A DNA stretch of 64,000 bases from positions 2,624,001 through 2,688,000 of the forward strand of contig OZ223236.1 of assembly GCA_965140445.1 (NCBI GenBank), in the 5' to 3' direction. The translations under genes were made by a program, and so were the position numbers. Below the pieces are notes generated by a model. That model was not told the DNA's origin. It searched no databases and saw nothing but the letters and a program-made list of their open reading frames with translations. This DNA is from Candidatus Ozemobacteraceae bacterium. Its GTDB lineage: Bacteria; Muiribacteriota; Ozemobacteria; Ozemobacterales; Ozemobacteraceae. This document shows positions 1 to 9,284 of this stretch, one piece after another. Position 1 is the stretch's first letter, and each line of letters begins with the position of its first letter.

Positions 1-497
1 GAAATAAGCCATCTACAGTGTTCTGGAAAGTTATATAAAGTGGTCAAAGCCATAAGAAAATCAAATCCATTATCTAAAGAAGCCTTATTGGTAAAACGTT
101 TCGAATAATTTTTGTAAATATTGCTGAAGCTTCTATCTGCTGCAATTAAAAAAAATGGCTTCACACCATATTTTTCTTTTAAGGTTTTATGACAATTCTT
201 GCCAAAATTGAATGGATCAAATTCTTCAGGATTTGTAATATACCTGGCAAAAATATCTGCCATAGCATTGTTTACATAGGCTGGTGTGGTTAAATCAGAT
301 TGAAAATCAATAATTCCTTGAGTTAGGTTTTCTTTGACAGTTGCTTGCAAAGCACTTTCATGTTTATCAATCTCATTTTTGAGCTGTTGTTGAACCAAGA
401 AAAGAGGTAGACAAAGAACTGCAAGCATGACTATTGCAATAGCTGAAATTAGCGAGTTATAACCAATTCCAGATTCTGTTGTCTGATGAATACCCAA
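1..497 (-). CDS. 5' part of a membrane-anchored protein, runs off the left edge; function unknown
   Basis: Manual translation from TTG at 497 (purine-rich AGGGGCAGAGG upstream): MGIHQTTESGIGYNSLISAIAIVMLAVLCLPLFLVQQQLKNE..., open to position 1, with one hydrophobic helix. Not in the ORF track because it is truncated. Confidence 0.6.
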   Translation of the reverse strand, partial: MGIHQTTESGIGYNSLISAIAIVMLAVLCLPLFLVQQQLKNEIDKHESALQATVKENLTQGIIDFQSDLTTPAYVNNAMADIFARYITNPEEFDPFNFGKNCHKTLKEKYGVKPFFLIAADRSFSNIYKNYSKRFTNKASLDNGFDFLMALTTLYNFPEHCRWLI

Positions 498-704
498 CCT
501 CTGCCCCTATGAATGCATATATCTAATTTAACATACAAAACTGGAATTTTTTTAATTCACTTGGCTAGAAGACAGATTTAAATAAAAAATTAGGAAGATT
601 CGATTTGTCAGAGCCAGAAAGCGTTTTCTTATGCGCGCTTTAAAGCTTAATGCAACATTTTTTCTCTAAAATTATCGTTTGAAATGACTAACGCTGGTTT
701 CTCG

Positions 705-1703
705 TTACCTTTTTGCCCAATCGCAATATCTAACTTTTTCCACTTTATTCGTCCAGATGTAACCGACAAAACCCTCAGGAATTTTTGCCAAATCTTCTTG
801 TGAATCGAAGCCCTCAGACCATTTTCCGTCTCCATTCACAAGAACAACCCGGGTATTAACAGACTTCATTCTCTGCTGGAACTTTGTAGGCCACCCCCAA
901 AGCAACCTGGCAAATTTCAGTGGGATAAAAAACTGCGAATTTCGAATAGTCTCTGGTATGTATCCGGTCCAGCCCAAGAGAATATAAGAAATAAAACTGT
1001 TTTTTAAGGTTTTCATTGATAGTATTCCAATACTGGGGATACATCTTTTCACAGTCGTGACAGCTCTGTGATCACCGTAAACTACAAACTTCTGTATTTC
1101 ATTTTTCCCTAAATTGGCAAGAACATCCGCTAGAATTTTGCCCATTTTCTCGTCGCCTTCTTTGATATGGATAAGAAAGCTCTTTCTTGGAAATGCCTCA
1201 AGCAATTCTTCAACAGAAACCAACAGGCCAACTCCTTTGCCACGGAGAGGATAGGTTTTTCCCCCGTCGGCAGTATAGCCATAACCCACGTCCAGTTTAC
1301 GCAGTTCAGCCATCGTATAGCTTGCAACAAGCCCACTTGCATTTGTTCTGTAATCTAAAAGATAGTCGTGGAAAACGGCTAATTGATTATCCTTGGTTAA
1401 CCGAACATCAAACTCAACCATATCAGCTCCAGCCTCAAACGCTGCATTTACAGAAGGTATTGTGTTCTCAATAAATTCATGCTCTGGTTTGTAAATCATT
1501 GCAGCAGTGTTTGAGTTCCACTTGAGTCCTTTTATAGGAAAAGTTTGTGCAACATCTCTATGGGCAAGAAGTTTGGGTTTCCCCGGGAGAGGGCTGGAAA
1601 GCATTGAAGTGTTGTTGAGGAAGATAAAGGCTAATAAAGCAATAAGGGAAATCGCAACCCGATAGATCCAGGCTCTGGCTTTATTAATTATTTTATTTTT
1701 CAT
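705..1703 (-). CDS. Glycerophosphodiester phosphodiesterase (GDPD family), N-terminal membrane anchor
   Basis: LAHR, ENT..S, GAD.VEFDV..TKD..L.VFHD and WTN motifs. Confidence 0.9.
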   Translation of the reverse strand: MKNKIINKARAWIYRVAISLIALLAFIFLNNTSMLSSPLPGKPKLLAHRDVAQTFPIKGLKWNSNTAAMIYKPEHEFIENTIPSVNAAFEAGADMVEFDVRLTKDNQLAVFHDYLLDYRTNASGLVASYTMAELRKLDVGYGYTADGGKTYPLRGKGVGLLVSVEELLEAFPRKSFLIHIKEGDEKMGKILADVLANLGKNEIQKFVVYGDHRAVTTVKRCIPSIGILSMKTLKNSFISYILLGWTGYIPETIRNSQFFIPLKFARLLWGWPTKFQQRMKSVNTRVVLVNGDGKWSEGFDSQEDLAKIPEGFVGYIWTNKVEKVRYCDWAKR

Positions 1704-1808
1704 CTTCTTTTCTCTTAAGGTATATGCATACTCACGCTTTTCAGGACTTTTGGTTTTCTTCTTTGCGTATTATTTTAGCTGCTACTCAGCAGAAATGTTT
1801 GAGCTGTC

Positions 1809-2300
1809 CTAATTGCTGCTAAGGTATTTCAGTATACTTTGCTCAACCTTGTCTAAAGGTTGTGGAGATCGATTTGCAGGACTTGAGCCTGAATCGTTGA
1901 ACCAGGTAATCTGGGCTGATTTGACCGGTAAAGCTCCGAAGCTGCCGTTTAGAACTCTGAAGCTATTATTGGGTGCAGTTTTCAGAAAAAGCAGAAACTG
2001 GGTTTCTGATTCCTGGTCGAACCAATATTCAGGAACGCATATGTTTGTTTTGCTTGCATGGACCTGAAAACTTTTAGAGATTTCTCCTTTTAAAATTCTT
2101 TCGGTTTGGAATTTGACGATCTGAGTTTTCTTTTTTCCAAAGGTTTCCTCGCTTAGAACTTTATCCATCTTAGCAACCACGATAAGGTCTGCGTTATTAA
2201 TTAGTTCAGACATTCTTAGTGGTCTCCATCTACCAAATACGGGGAATGATGTTATAAAAATCAGGAAAAGAAGAAATATCCGTTTCATTTTAGCCTCCAA
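1809..2300 (-). CDS. Secreted hypothetical protein
   Basis: Signal-peptide-like MKRIFLLFLIFI; the real start may be the ATG at 2288. Confidence 0.7.
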   Translation of the reverse strand: MEAKMKRIFLLFLIFITSFPVFGRWRPLRMSELINNADLIVVAKMDKVLSEETFGKKKTQIVKFQTERILKGEISKSFQVHASKTNICVPEYWFDQESETQFLLFLKTAPNNSFRVLNGSFGALPVKSAQITWFNDSGSSPANRSPQPLDKVEQSILKYLSSN

Positions 2301-2718
2301 AAGTTACATAGCAGGTTATTTATGGTTTTATCTTTTAATTATGTTTTATTAAGTTACTATGGAAAACGCTTAGCTGAAGTATAGCCAAAAATAATTATAA
2401 CAACAATGTTTCGGCTATCAGGAATAAACAGGAGTTTAGCAATCTAGCAAAAGAACCCAATTGACTCGAAAAAATGGCTCATGATACTATCAACCTACAG
2501 AAGCTAATTCCTATTCAATTGCTGAATATAAGCCTTTCTCTGGTTTATCCTGTTGCTTTTCTAATGTTTTCTGGAATAGTTGAGTCTAATGCAGCAGCAG
2601 CTTGATACTGATGGTCGAATGAAATTCTGTAAAGAGCAAAAGTCCTTTTTTTAGTAAATGAATCATTCGCTGCTAATTACTTTATGTTTAAATGACTAAT
2701 GGATAGGAGAGAGTTATT

Positions 2719-3570
2719 TTGAATTATAAAATCAGATTTGCCATTTTTTTGGTGTGTCTTTTGTTTGTTTCAGACCTGGCGGTTGTCGCTGAAGATTTTT
2801 TTCCCTTAAACACATGGGTTGAGGTTAAAACTCCGGCAAATGAAAATGAACAGCTTAAAATTAGTTCAGGGATGAAATACAACTGGACTCAAAAAGTAAG
2901 GCTGATTCGTGGTAAAAAATACGCATTAAATATTAAATGGAAAGATTCTTCGGGACGAAAAGTTGGAATTCTTGGCTATGACCCCATGAATTATGATGGA
3001 AGAAAACTTATTTCAGAATCGAAAAACAGAAAATGGCTTTTAAGAACTGGGAGGGGTGAAAACGCGGAATACCACAAAATTCTTAATTTTATTGTTAACG
3101 AGCATAGCTTAACAGATATTGCTTTCTTGATGTTTAGCAATAAATGGCCAGGTAAGACTGCAAAAATAATGTTATCAGATAAAGTAGATGAAAATACAAG
3201 AATTAAGGGACTTCCACTTTTTTTGAAATCCCTTTCTGGAAAGAACGAAGAGGAAACATCCAACAGTAGTCAAAAGGTTAGTCAGAAGGAGATCATTGAA
3301 ATTTTTAGCTGGAATTCTGGTGGGGGAAGTTTTATTTCCCCAAAAGTGCAAGTAAGTTTAAAAATTCATTCTGCAAAGGCAGAGGTGGTTAAGCTCTTTG
3401 CACTTGATACAAAGGGGAACTCAACAGAATTGTCCTCTCAAAAAGTCATTTCTGGCAAGAGTGTTGATATTTCATCCAAATACAATAGAATGAACACCAG
3501 ATTTTTTGAAATAAGGGCTTTTGATAAAGATGGTGTGCTTCTGGCTAAGCAAAAAAGGTCTGCAAAATAA
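2719..3570 (+). CDS. Secreted hypothetical protein
   Basis: 283 aa ORF, TTG start with AGGAGA upstream, signal peptide. Confidence 0.7.
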   Translation: MNYKIRFAIFLVCLLFVSDLAVVAEDFFPLNTWVEVKTPANENEQLKISSGMKYNWTQKVRLIRGKKYALNIKWKDSSGRKVGILGYDPMNYDGRKLISESKNRKWLLRTGRGENAEYHKILNFIVNEHSLTDIAFLMFSNKWPGKTAKIMLSDKVDENTRIKGLPLFLKSLSGKNEEETSNSSQKVSQKEIIEIFSWNSGGGSFISPKVQVSLKIHSAKAEVVKLFALDTKGNSTELSSQKVISGKSVDISSKYNRMNTRFFEIRAFDKDGVLLAKQKRSAK

Positions 3571-3585
3571 GAATTTCCAGGGGAT

Positions 3586-3620
3586 TTGATTATTGCTGCT
3601 TAGAAAGCAGCAATAATCAA
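3586..3620. terminator. Stem-loop downstream of the 2719..3570 gene
   Basis: TTGATTATTGCTGCTT-AGA-AAGCAGCAATAATCAA, 16-bp inverted repeat. Confidence 0.6.
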
Positions 3621-3836
3621 TTGTATTCAACATGAACTTGTTTTGGGTGACTTGGTTATATTGTTTGTCACGGAGCAAAATTCTTTTGTTAACTATTGGT
3701 CAGAAATTTTGTTCCGAGATATAGACTATCCAGGTTTCTAATAATGTTTTGACCTGATTAAAAATGAATTCTCTAAGTTTTACAGGAGAAGATTTCTCTG
3801 AAGGCTATGTTCTGTAGTTCTCGAATTTCTCCAGAC

Positions 3837-4070
3837 TCAGCCACCTCCAACCATAAGCATAAGCTCTAGCTTATCGCCGTCTTTAAGTTCTTCAGTATGA
3901 GCTACACGGGTTCCATTTTTTACTACCTGTATAAAATTAATGTGAGTAGGATGGAAATGAAGAGTTGATAAAAATTGTTTCACGGTTGTTCCGTCATCAA
4001 GCTTAAAATCCTGATTTTTTTTACATGGGCCGGTGTTTATTGCGCCGACAAATTCTACGTTTATTTTCAT
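3837..4070 (-). CDS. MoaD/ThiS-family ubiquitin-like sulfur carrier
   Basis: 77 aa, ...LKDGDKLELMLMVGGG with C-terminal di-glycine. Confidence 0.9.
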   Translation of the reverse strand: MKINVEFVGAINTGPCKKNQDFKLDDGTTVKQFLSTLHFHPTHINFIQVVKNGTRVAHTEELKDGDKLELMLMVGGG

Positions 4071-4242
4071 TTTTTACCTCGGCAAAATTGGCAATCTTTG
4101 TCTTTTTCAATGAGACCTTTGGAAACTTCTGTTCCCAGCATTCATAAAATTCTAAATCATAATCTACTTAAGATTCAACAGTGAATCTTAAGACTGTGGC
4201 GCAACTAATGGAAGCAAGAATTGTAACAGTGGGGGTATTATT
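4067..4242 (-). pseudogene. Decayed duplicate of the 3' end of the ThiF/MoeB gene
   Basis: Translates to PTVTILASISCATVLRFTVES*VDYDLEFYECWEQKFPKV[frameshift]IEKDKDCQFCRGKK*, compared with PTVTILASISCATVLRLIVESKVDYDLKFYDCWEQKFQKFTIEKDKDCQFCQSKE* in 5388..6125. Confidence 0.85.
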
Positions 4243-4359
4243 GATCAAACATAGCTTCTTAGTATGAGTAATTTAGTGTTTTTGCATCTAAACTACAGCT
4301 CTAAAAATTTCAAAGTTGATTGGATTTATTCTCTCTTTGGGCCTTCAGCTCCAAACGGC

Positions 4360-5289
4360 TTATGGATTTATTGCTCTTAAAACCCTAAAACCAAAAACCT
4401 GTTGTTTCTCAGTCGGCTCCACGGGAAATCGGTATGTTGATCTTAGATGCTCAGCGTCATTTCCATATGAACCTCCGCGAGAAATCTTTTTTGTTCCTAC
4501 TTGTGGTCCTGTTGGATCTACTTTTGGAGCAGATGAGTAGTAATCACTTTGCCACCAGTCCCAGCAAAATTCAAAAACATTTCCATGCATATCAAATAGT
4601 CCGAATGGATTTGAGACTTTTTGTCCAACGACCTGGGTTCCTTCAATTGTGGCACAAGGGGTTTTTCCATAAAATGGTTTGCAATTATTGCAATACCAGG
4701 CAAATTTATCTACTTCAGAATGGTTGTTAGAGTCTTTCCAAGGAAAAATTATGTCTTTCCCGCCTTTGCACAGATATTCCCACTCAGCTTCAGTTGGAAG
4801 TCTGAAACCCGAATTATCCCAGTTGCAGGAGACCGTTTCACCGTCAGCAATCACAAATTTATCTTCAGGATTAAGGTAGCAAGGTTGAAGCTTGGTAAGA
4901 ATGCTCAGTTTGTTGCAAAACCTGATGCAATCATACCATGATACGCTATCTACAGGGTGATCATCTGTATTAGCAAAATTGGTTTTTTGGTTAAAACCAG
5001 ACGGGTTGAAACCCATTATTTTGCTGAATTGAGCCTGAGTAACTTCGGTTTTCCCTACCCAGAATCCATGCGTTAGGGCTATGGCTTTTTCAGGTGTTTC
5101 ATTCTTATAGAAACCTTCTGCGCCAATAGTAAAATTTCCTGGTGGAACGTAGACAAGAGTAAGAACAACTGAATCACCCAATTTTATTATCTTTTCTTTT
5201 TTAGAACTAATTGCTTCTTGTTGAGCATAGACTTTTACAGAAAAAAATAAAGCGATGCTCAAGACCAGCAGGGAGGTAATTTTTCGCAC
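4360..5289 (-). CDS. Secreted FGE-sulfatase (SUMF1-fold) domain protein
   Basis: GKTEVTQ, HPVDSVSWYD, FRLPTEAEWEY, NPFGLFDMHGNVFE, RGGS, FGFRV motifs; signal peptide. Confidence 0.9.
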   Translation of the reverse strand: MRKITSLLVLSIALFFSVKVYAQQEAISSKKEKIIKLGDSVVLTLVYVPPGNFTIGAEGFYKNETPEKAIALTHGFWVGKTEVTQAQFSKIMGFNPSGFNQKTNFANTDDHPVDSVSWYDCIRFCNKLSILTKLQPCYLNPEDKFVIADGETVSCNWDNSGFRLPTEAEWEYLCKGGKDIIFPWKDSNNHSEVDKFAWYCNNCKPFYGKTPCATIEGTQVVGQKVSNPFGLFDMHGNVFEFCWDWWQSDYYSSAPKVDPTGPQVGTKKISRGGSYGNDAEHLRSTYRFPVEPTEKQQVFGFRVLRAINP

Positions 5290-5325
5290 GATTTTCTCCG
5301 TTCTTCTAATTGGTTTATTTGAAGC

Positions 5326-5391
5326 AATTTTGAAATTCTGGTTTTCTTAAAAAAAGGGGAATGCTCCAAAAAAATTAAAGTTTATTTTCAT
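5326..5391 (-). pseudogene. Decayed duplicate of the 5' end of the MoaD/ThiS gene
   Basis: ATG overlaps the ThiF TGA and reads MKINFNFFGAFPFF*ENQNFKI, compared with MKINVEFVGAINTGPCKKNQDFKL in 3837..4070. Confidence 0.7.
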
Positions 5392-6125
5392 TCCTTGCTT
5401 TGGCAAAATTGGCAATCTTTATCCTTTTCGATTGTAAATTTCTGAAACTTTTGTTCCCAGCAATCATAGAATTTTAAATCGTAATCCACTTTTGATTCAA
5501 CAATCAATCTTAAGACTGTTGCACAGCTTATTGAAGCAAGAATCGTAACCGTTGGGGCAATAATTCCTGAATTATGAACATTTGGAAAGTCATCTTGATC
5601 GGGGAGACCTTTTATAAGGCATCTGTAGCAAGCTGTTTGTCCTGGCACAAACAAAACTGATTGCCCATTTGAAGCAGTTACTCCCGTATGAATCCAGGGA
5701 ATTTTAAACTTTAGACAATGTTCATTTATTAAAAACCGAGTTTCAAAATTGTCTGTCGCATCCATTATAAGATCAACGTTGGCAAAAATGTCCGCAAAAT
5801 TACTGGAGTCAATTTTGTTGGCAAAATGGTTGATTTGAATAGAAGAGTTGATTTTTTCCAGACTTGCTTTGCATGCAATAGCCTTGTTTTTTCCAACATC
5901 ATTTTCGGTGAAAAGCATTTGTCTTGGAAGATTTGAAAGTTCAACCTTATCGTAATCGGCGATAATTAGTTTGCCAAATCCACTCCGGGTAAGCAAATTG
6001 GCAATATTGGTCCCAAGGGCTCCTGCCCCCAAAATTCCAACTCTGGTTTGGCTAATCTTCTTTTGCCCTTCATCTCCAATAGGCTGAAACAAAACTTGTC
6101 GGGAGTATCGAGCTTCAAGATCCAT
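5388..6125 (-). CDS. ThiF/MoeB/HesA family E1-like adenylyltransferase
   Basis: RYSRQ, GAGALG, D.D.VELSNL.RQ, DATDNFETR, zinc ligands CYRC and CQFC. Confidence 0.92.
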   Translation of the reverse strand: MDLEARYSRQVLFQPIGDEGQKKISQTRVGILGAGALGTNIANLLTRSGFGKLIIADYDKVELSNLPRQMLFTENDVGKNKAIACKASLEKINSSIQINHFANKIDSSNFADIFANVDLIMDATDNFETRFLINEHCLKFKIPWIHTGVTASNGQSVLFVPGQTACYRCLIKGLPDQDDFPNVHNSGIIAPTVTILASISCATVLRLIVESKVDYDLKFYDCWEQKFQKFTIEKDKDCQFCQSKE

Positions 6126-6840
6126 TTTCTAACTCTAAAATAAAAAGCAGGGGCCATCCTTTATATTTTGCTGCTTTTGGAGTGTTTTTTACCAGCTCGG
6201 CATCAACTTCAAATTCTTCTAACTTTACTATTTTCAGGTTGTTTTTGATTGCTGCATTAATATAATCAGAAATTTTCTGATGGTAAGCCTGTGGAAGGTA
6301 ATGCTTCCCGCCGGATTCTTTTTGGAATCGGGCTTGGACCCCAAGCTTTTGCATTGTTGGATGCAAGCCAGTGATTATAATTCTGGCATTGGGGAGAGCG
6401 ACCTGTTTTAAATGAGCCAGAAAAGAAACTACTGAAGGAATATGCTCTATTACAAGACTAGAAACAATTAAATCAAATGTAGCGGGTTTAAATGGCAGCT
6501 GCATGGTCAAGTCAGCAATTGAAAATACCGCAGATTTTAGATCTTTTTTATCTCTGGCTTTTCTGATCATTCCCCGGGAAATATCTATTGAGAAAACATT
6601 TGCACCAGGTTGTTCTTGTAATTGCCTGGTAATTCTACCTGTCCCGCAACCAGCATCTAAGGCGCATGAAAAATCAAGCATATCAAGCTTGGGGAAGAGA
6701 TATCTTTCTTCCAGGGCAATTAGTGGGTTATTCTCGGTGTCATAAACTTCAGACCACAGATCATATCCATCTGCAACAGAAAGCTTTACTGGCGATATTG
6801 GAGAGCCATCTGGAATCTGGTTTTGCCTGATTTTATTCAT
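6115..6840 (-). CDS. Class I SAM-dependent methyltransferase
   Basis: LDAGCGTG, DIS.GM, FDLIVSSLVIEH motifs. Confidence 0.85.
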   Translation of the reverse strand: MNKIRQNQIPDGSPISPVKLSVADGYDLWSEVYDTENNPLIALEERYLFPKLDMLDFSCALDAGCGTGRITRQLQEQPGANVFSIDISRGMIRKARDKKDLKSAVFSIADLTMQLPFKPATFDLIVSSLVIEHIPSVVSFLAHLKQVALPNARIIITGLHPTMQKLGVQARFQKESGGKHYLPQAYHQKISDYINAAIKNNLKIVKLEEFEVDAELVKNTPKAAKYKGWPLLFILELENGS

Positions 6841-6849
6841 GAGAAGATG

Positions 6850-7068
6850 CTAGACAACCTTTATGACATAACCGTCAAACTTTACTACCATTCCTTTGCG
6901 GACTTTGCGTCTTTTTCGGGATTCAACTTCATCGTCAACCATTACATTACCGGCTTCAACTTCCATCTTGGCCTGTCCACCTGTATTACAGGCACCAACA
7001 ACTTTAAGAAGTTTTATAAGTTCAATAAAATCCGAATCAATTTCAAACGAAATATTTTTATTTTCCAT
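6850..7068 (-). CDS. S4-domain RNA-binding protein (YaaA/YbcJ-like)
   Basis: FIELIKLLK...TGGQAK...G.V.VD.EVE.RKRRKV; start moved to the ATG at 7068 (MENKNISF). Confidence 0.85.
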   Translation of the reverse strand: MENKNISFEIDSDFIELIKLLKVVGACNTGGQAKMEVEAGNVMVDDEVESRKRRKVRKGMVVKFDGYVIKVV

Positions 7069-8221
7069 GTTCTTCACTTTTTTTTCTTTCTTCGTGGGTA
7101 GCACCGATTTTAGTCAAAATTTTCTGTAAAATCTGTGATTTATAGACTTTCCATTTCATTTCACGGAAATCTTTATCGTTGCCGCCCGATAAAAAGCCTA
7201 TTGGTATTTCAAAGCCGCCTGCAGATTTTTTTCCACCACCGAAATATCTGCCCTGAGAATCCTTTCCAAAAACTTCTTTCAGGAACTCATCTGGGTCAAT
7301 GGTAATTCTCGAGGTTCGCATTGATCCGATCAGGAATTCACTATCCTGGTCATTGGTTGAGATTACTCCGAAAACTATAGCGGTATGAATGTTTTCTTCT
7401 GTGAGCAAAAAGTCAGCTGCCATCGGAATCGCATCACGATCTTCTGATCTTACATAACCAATTCCTGAGATAGAAAAACTTTCTTTTATAACTCTATTGG
7501 CAAGAGCCTGGTTAATTGTTTCCATGGTTTGTTTAGATCTCGCCTGACTGGTAATTTGTCCAAGTAGGTCACTATCAATAAATTTGCTCAGATAGGCCGC
7601 CGCATGGAAATCCTCTGGATTCGCTTTTATAAAACCGAAGGTATCGGTCATGATTCCATGCATTAGTGCCGTTGCAACCTTTATGTGATCAGTATCGCGT
7701 TTAGTAACTTCAATCAGGCCGTGTTCAAGATATTGTGAAAAAATTGTAGCAGTTGCTCCTGTTTTCCTTATGTCGGCAAATTTTGGCTTTAATCTCTCCT
7801 GAAGTTCATGATGGTCAATTACAATCAGTTGAGGTATTTTTTTCTCTTCTATGGCATCTATAATTGGGCCGGTAGTGGTCCCCTGGTTATCAAGGAAAAC
7901 AGTTCCATCGTATGGCGACAGGTCAAAATCTGAATTCCACTTGTAAAGATCTATGCCCAATAGTTTAACCAGGGCTATATTTTCTGGATGACTTATAAGT
8001 CCAGCGTAAACTATGTCCACTTCAACGTTATACTGTTTACAAATCAATGAGTAGGCAAATCCTGAAGAAATTGCATCCGGGTCAGGATAATTTTGAATTA
8101 CTACCAGATGCTTTTGCCCCTTGCAGCTTTCTAGAATTGGTTTTATCGCCAGTGGGTCTTTAATGGGAACTTCCTTTAAAGGAATCAATTCAGCAGTTGC
8201 TTGGTTTTTCTTGCTATTCAT
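7058..8221 (-). CDS. DHH-family phosphoesterase (NrnA-like)
   Basis: PDPDAI, IDHH, GIMTDT, C-terminal GGG motifs. Confidence 0.85.
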   Translation of the reverse strand: MNSKKNQATAELIPLKEVPIKDPLAIKPILESCKGQKHLVVIQNYPDPDAISSGFAYSLICKQYNVEVDIVYAGLISHPENIALVKLLGIDLYKWNSDFDLSPYDGTVFLDNQGTTTGPIIDAIEEKKIPQLIVIDHHELQERLKPKFADIRKTGATATIFSQYLEHGLIEVTKRDTDHIKVATALMHGIMTDTFGFIKANPEDFHAAAYLSKFIDSDLLGQITSQARSKQTMETINQALANRVIKESFSISGIGYVRSEDRDAIPMAADFLLTEENIHTAIVFGVISTNDQDSEFLIGSMRTSRITIDPDEFLKEVFGKDSQGRYFGGGKKSAGGFEIPIGFLSGGNDKDFREMKWKVYKSQILQKILTKIGATHEERKKSEEHGK

Positions 8222-8296
8222 GAAATGCCTCCAGGCATCGAAAGAATCTAAAACTTTGTTTGCTTAGATGATACTAAATATTCATTCGCTTGCAAA

Positions 8297-9220
8297 CTAA
8301 TTCGAGTCAGAGGCGATTTCCTGTTCCTCATAAGGTTCGATATGCACCAGGACGTCTATAATGTCTGGGCCATCACTCAAAAGAGCTTTCTTAGCTAATC
8401 TGGCAATTTCATGACCCTCGGTTACTGAAATATCACCATCGACTAACAGGTGGAGGTCAACACGAAGACCAGAACCATGAAATCTTGTTCTTATGGCATG
8501 GATTGATTTTGCACCTGGGACGCTCATACCAATTTTTTCAATTTTTTTAACGTCCTCGTTGTTAGCTCCAGTATCTGCTAATTCCATCAGAGCAGGCTTC
8601 ATTATCTGATAAGCGGCTTGATTAATAAAAATGCCTACTGCTAAAGCAGCTACAGGATCAAGAACAGCCCATTCTGGTTTTATTAAAGCTGCTATAATTG
8701 CAACAGAAACCGCGATTGAAGAAAGAGCATCAGTTCTATGGTGCCATGCGTTTGCCATCATTGCAGAAGACTTTAGTTTTTCTGCAACTCTCAGGGTCCA
8801 TCTATAAAGCCCTTCCTTGATAACAATAGAAAGAAGGGCAGCGTAAAGGGCTATTTTTTCAGGAGTAACGTATTTTCCTGAGTTAAACTTAACAATGGCT
8901 TCATAGCCAATATACAGCCCAGCCAATGCAAGAGCAATTCCGATAAAGAATGCAACAAGAGTTTCTATTCTCCTGTGGCCGTAGGGATGACAGTCATCTG
9001 GCGGGTGGTCCCAGTATTTTAGTCCGACGAGTAGAGCTATGTCTGTGGAACAGTCTGAAAGCGAATGAAAACCATCAGCAACAACAGATTGACTCTTTCC
9101 ATAAAACCCAGCAATAATTTTTATTGCTGAAAGTAACAAGTTAAGTACCATTCCCGCAACGGTAACTTTTTTTACCTCATGGGAATATTCACTTGTTTGA
9201 CTCATTTTTTGAACCGCCAA
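8297..9220 (-). CDS. Cation diffusion facilitator transporter (FieF-like)
   Basis: ADGFHSLSD, HPYGH, AWHHRTD, C-terminal VHIEP. Confidence 0.92.
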   Translation of the reverse strand: MAVQKMSQTSEYSHEVKKVTVAGMVLNLLLSAIKIIAGFYGKSQSVVADGFHSLSDCSTDIALLVGLKYWDHPPDDCHPYGHRRIETLVAFFIGIALALAGLYIGYEAIVKFNSGKYVTPEKIALYAALLSIVIKEGLYRWTLRVAEKLKSSAMMANAWHHRTDALSSIAVSVAIIAALIKPEWAVLDPVAALAVGIFINQAAYQIMKPALMELADTGANNEDVKKIEKIGMSVPGAKSIHAIRTRFHGSGLRVDLHLLVDGDISVTEGHEIARLAKKALLSDGPDIIDVLVHIEPYEEQEIASDSN

Positions 9221-9284
9221 ATTTGCTAGAATAGAAATTCATGCTAGAATGCCAAATTATTCTTAAAAACTCAAGGAGATTTTT

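Noticed and set aside
2474..2605. 43-aa ORF ending in ESNAAAA (small protein or tmRNA-tag-like)
   Set aside because: No RBS, the ATG lies within a promoter-like sequence, and no tmRNA termini are visible
4360..5289. Active formylglycine-generating enzyme or DGR target
   Set aside because: The catalytic Cys motif is absent after RGGS, and no reverse transcriptase or adenine-variant template repeat is visible in the window
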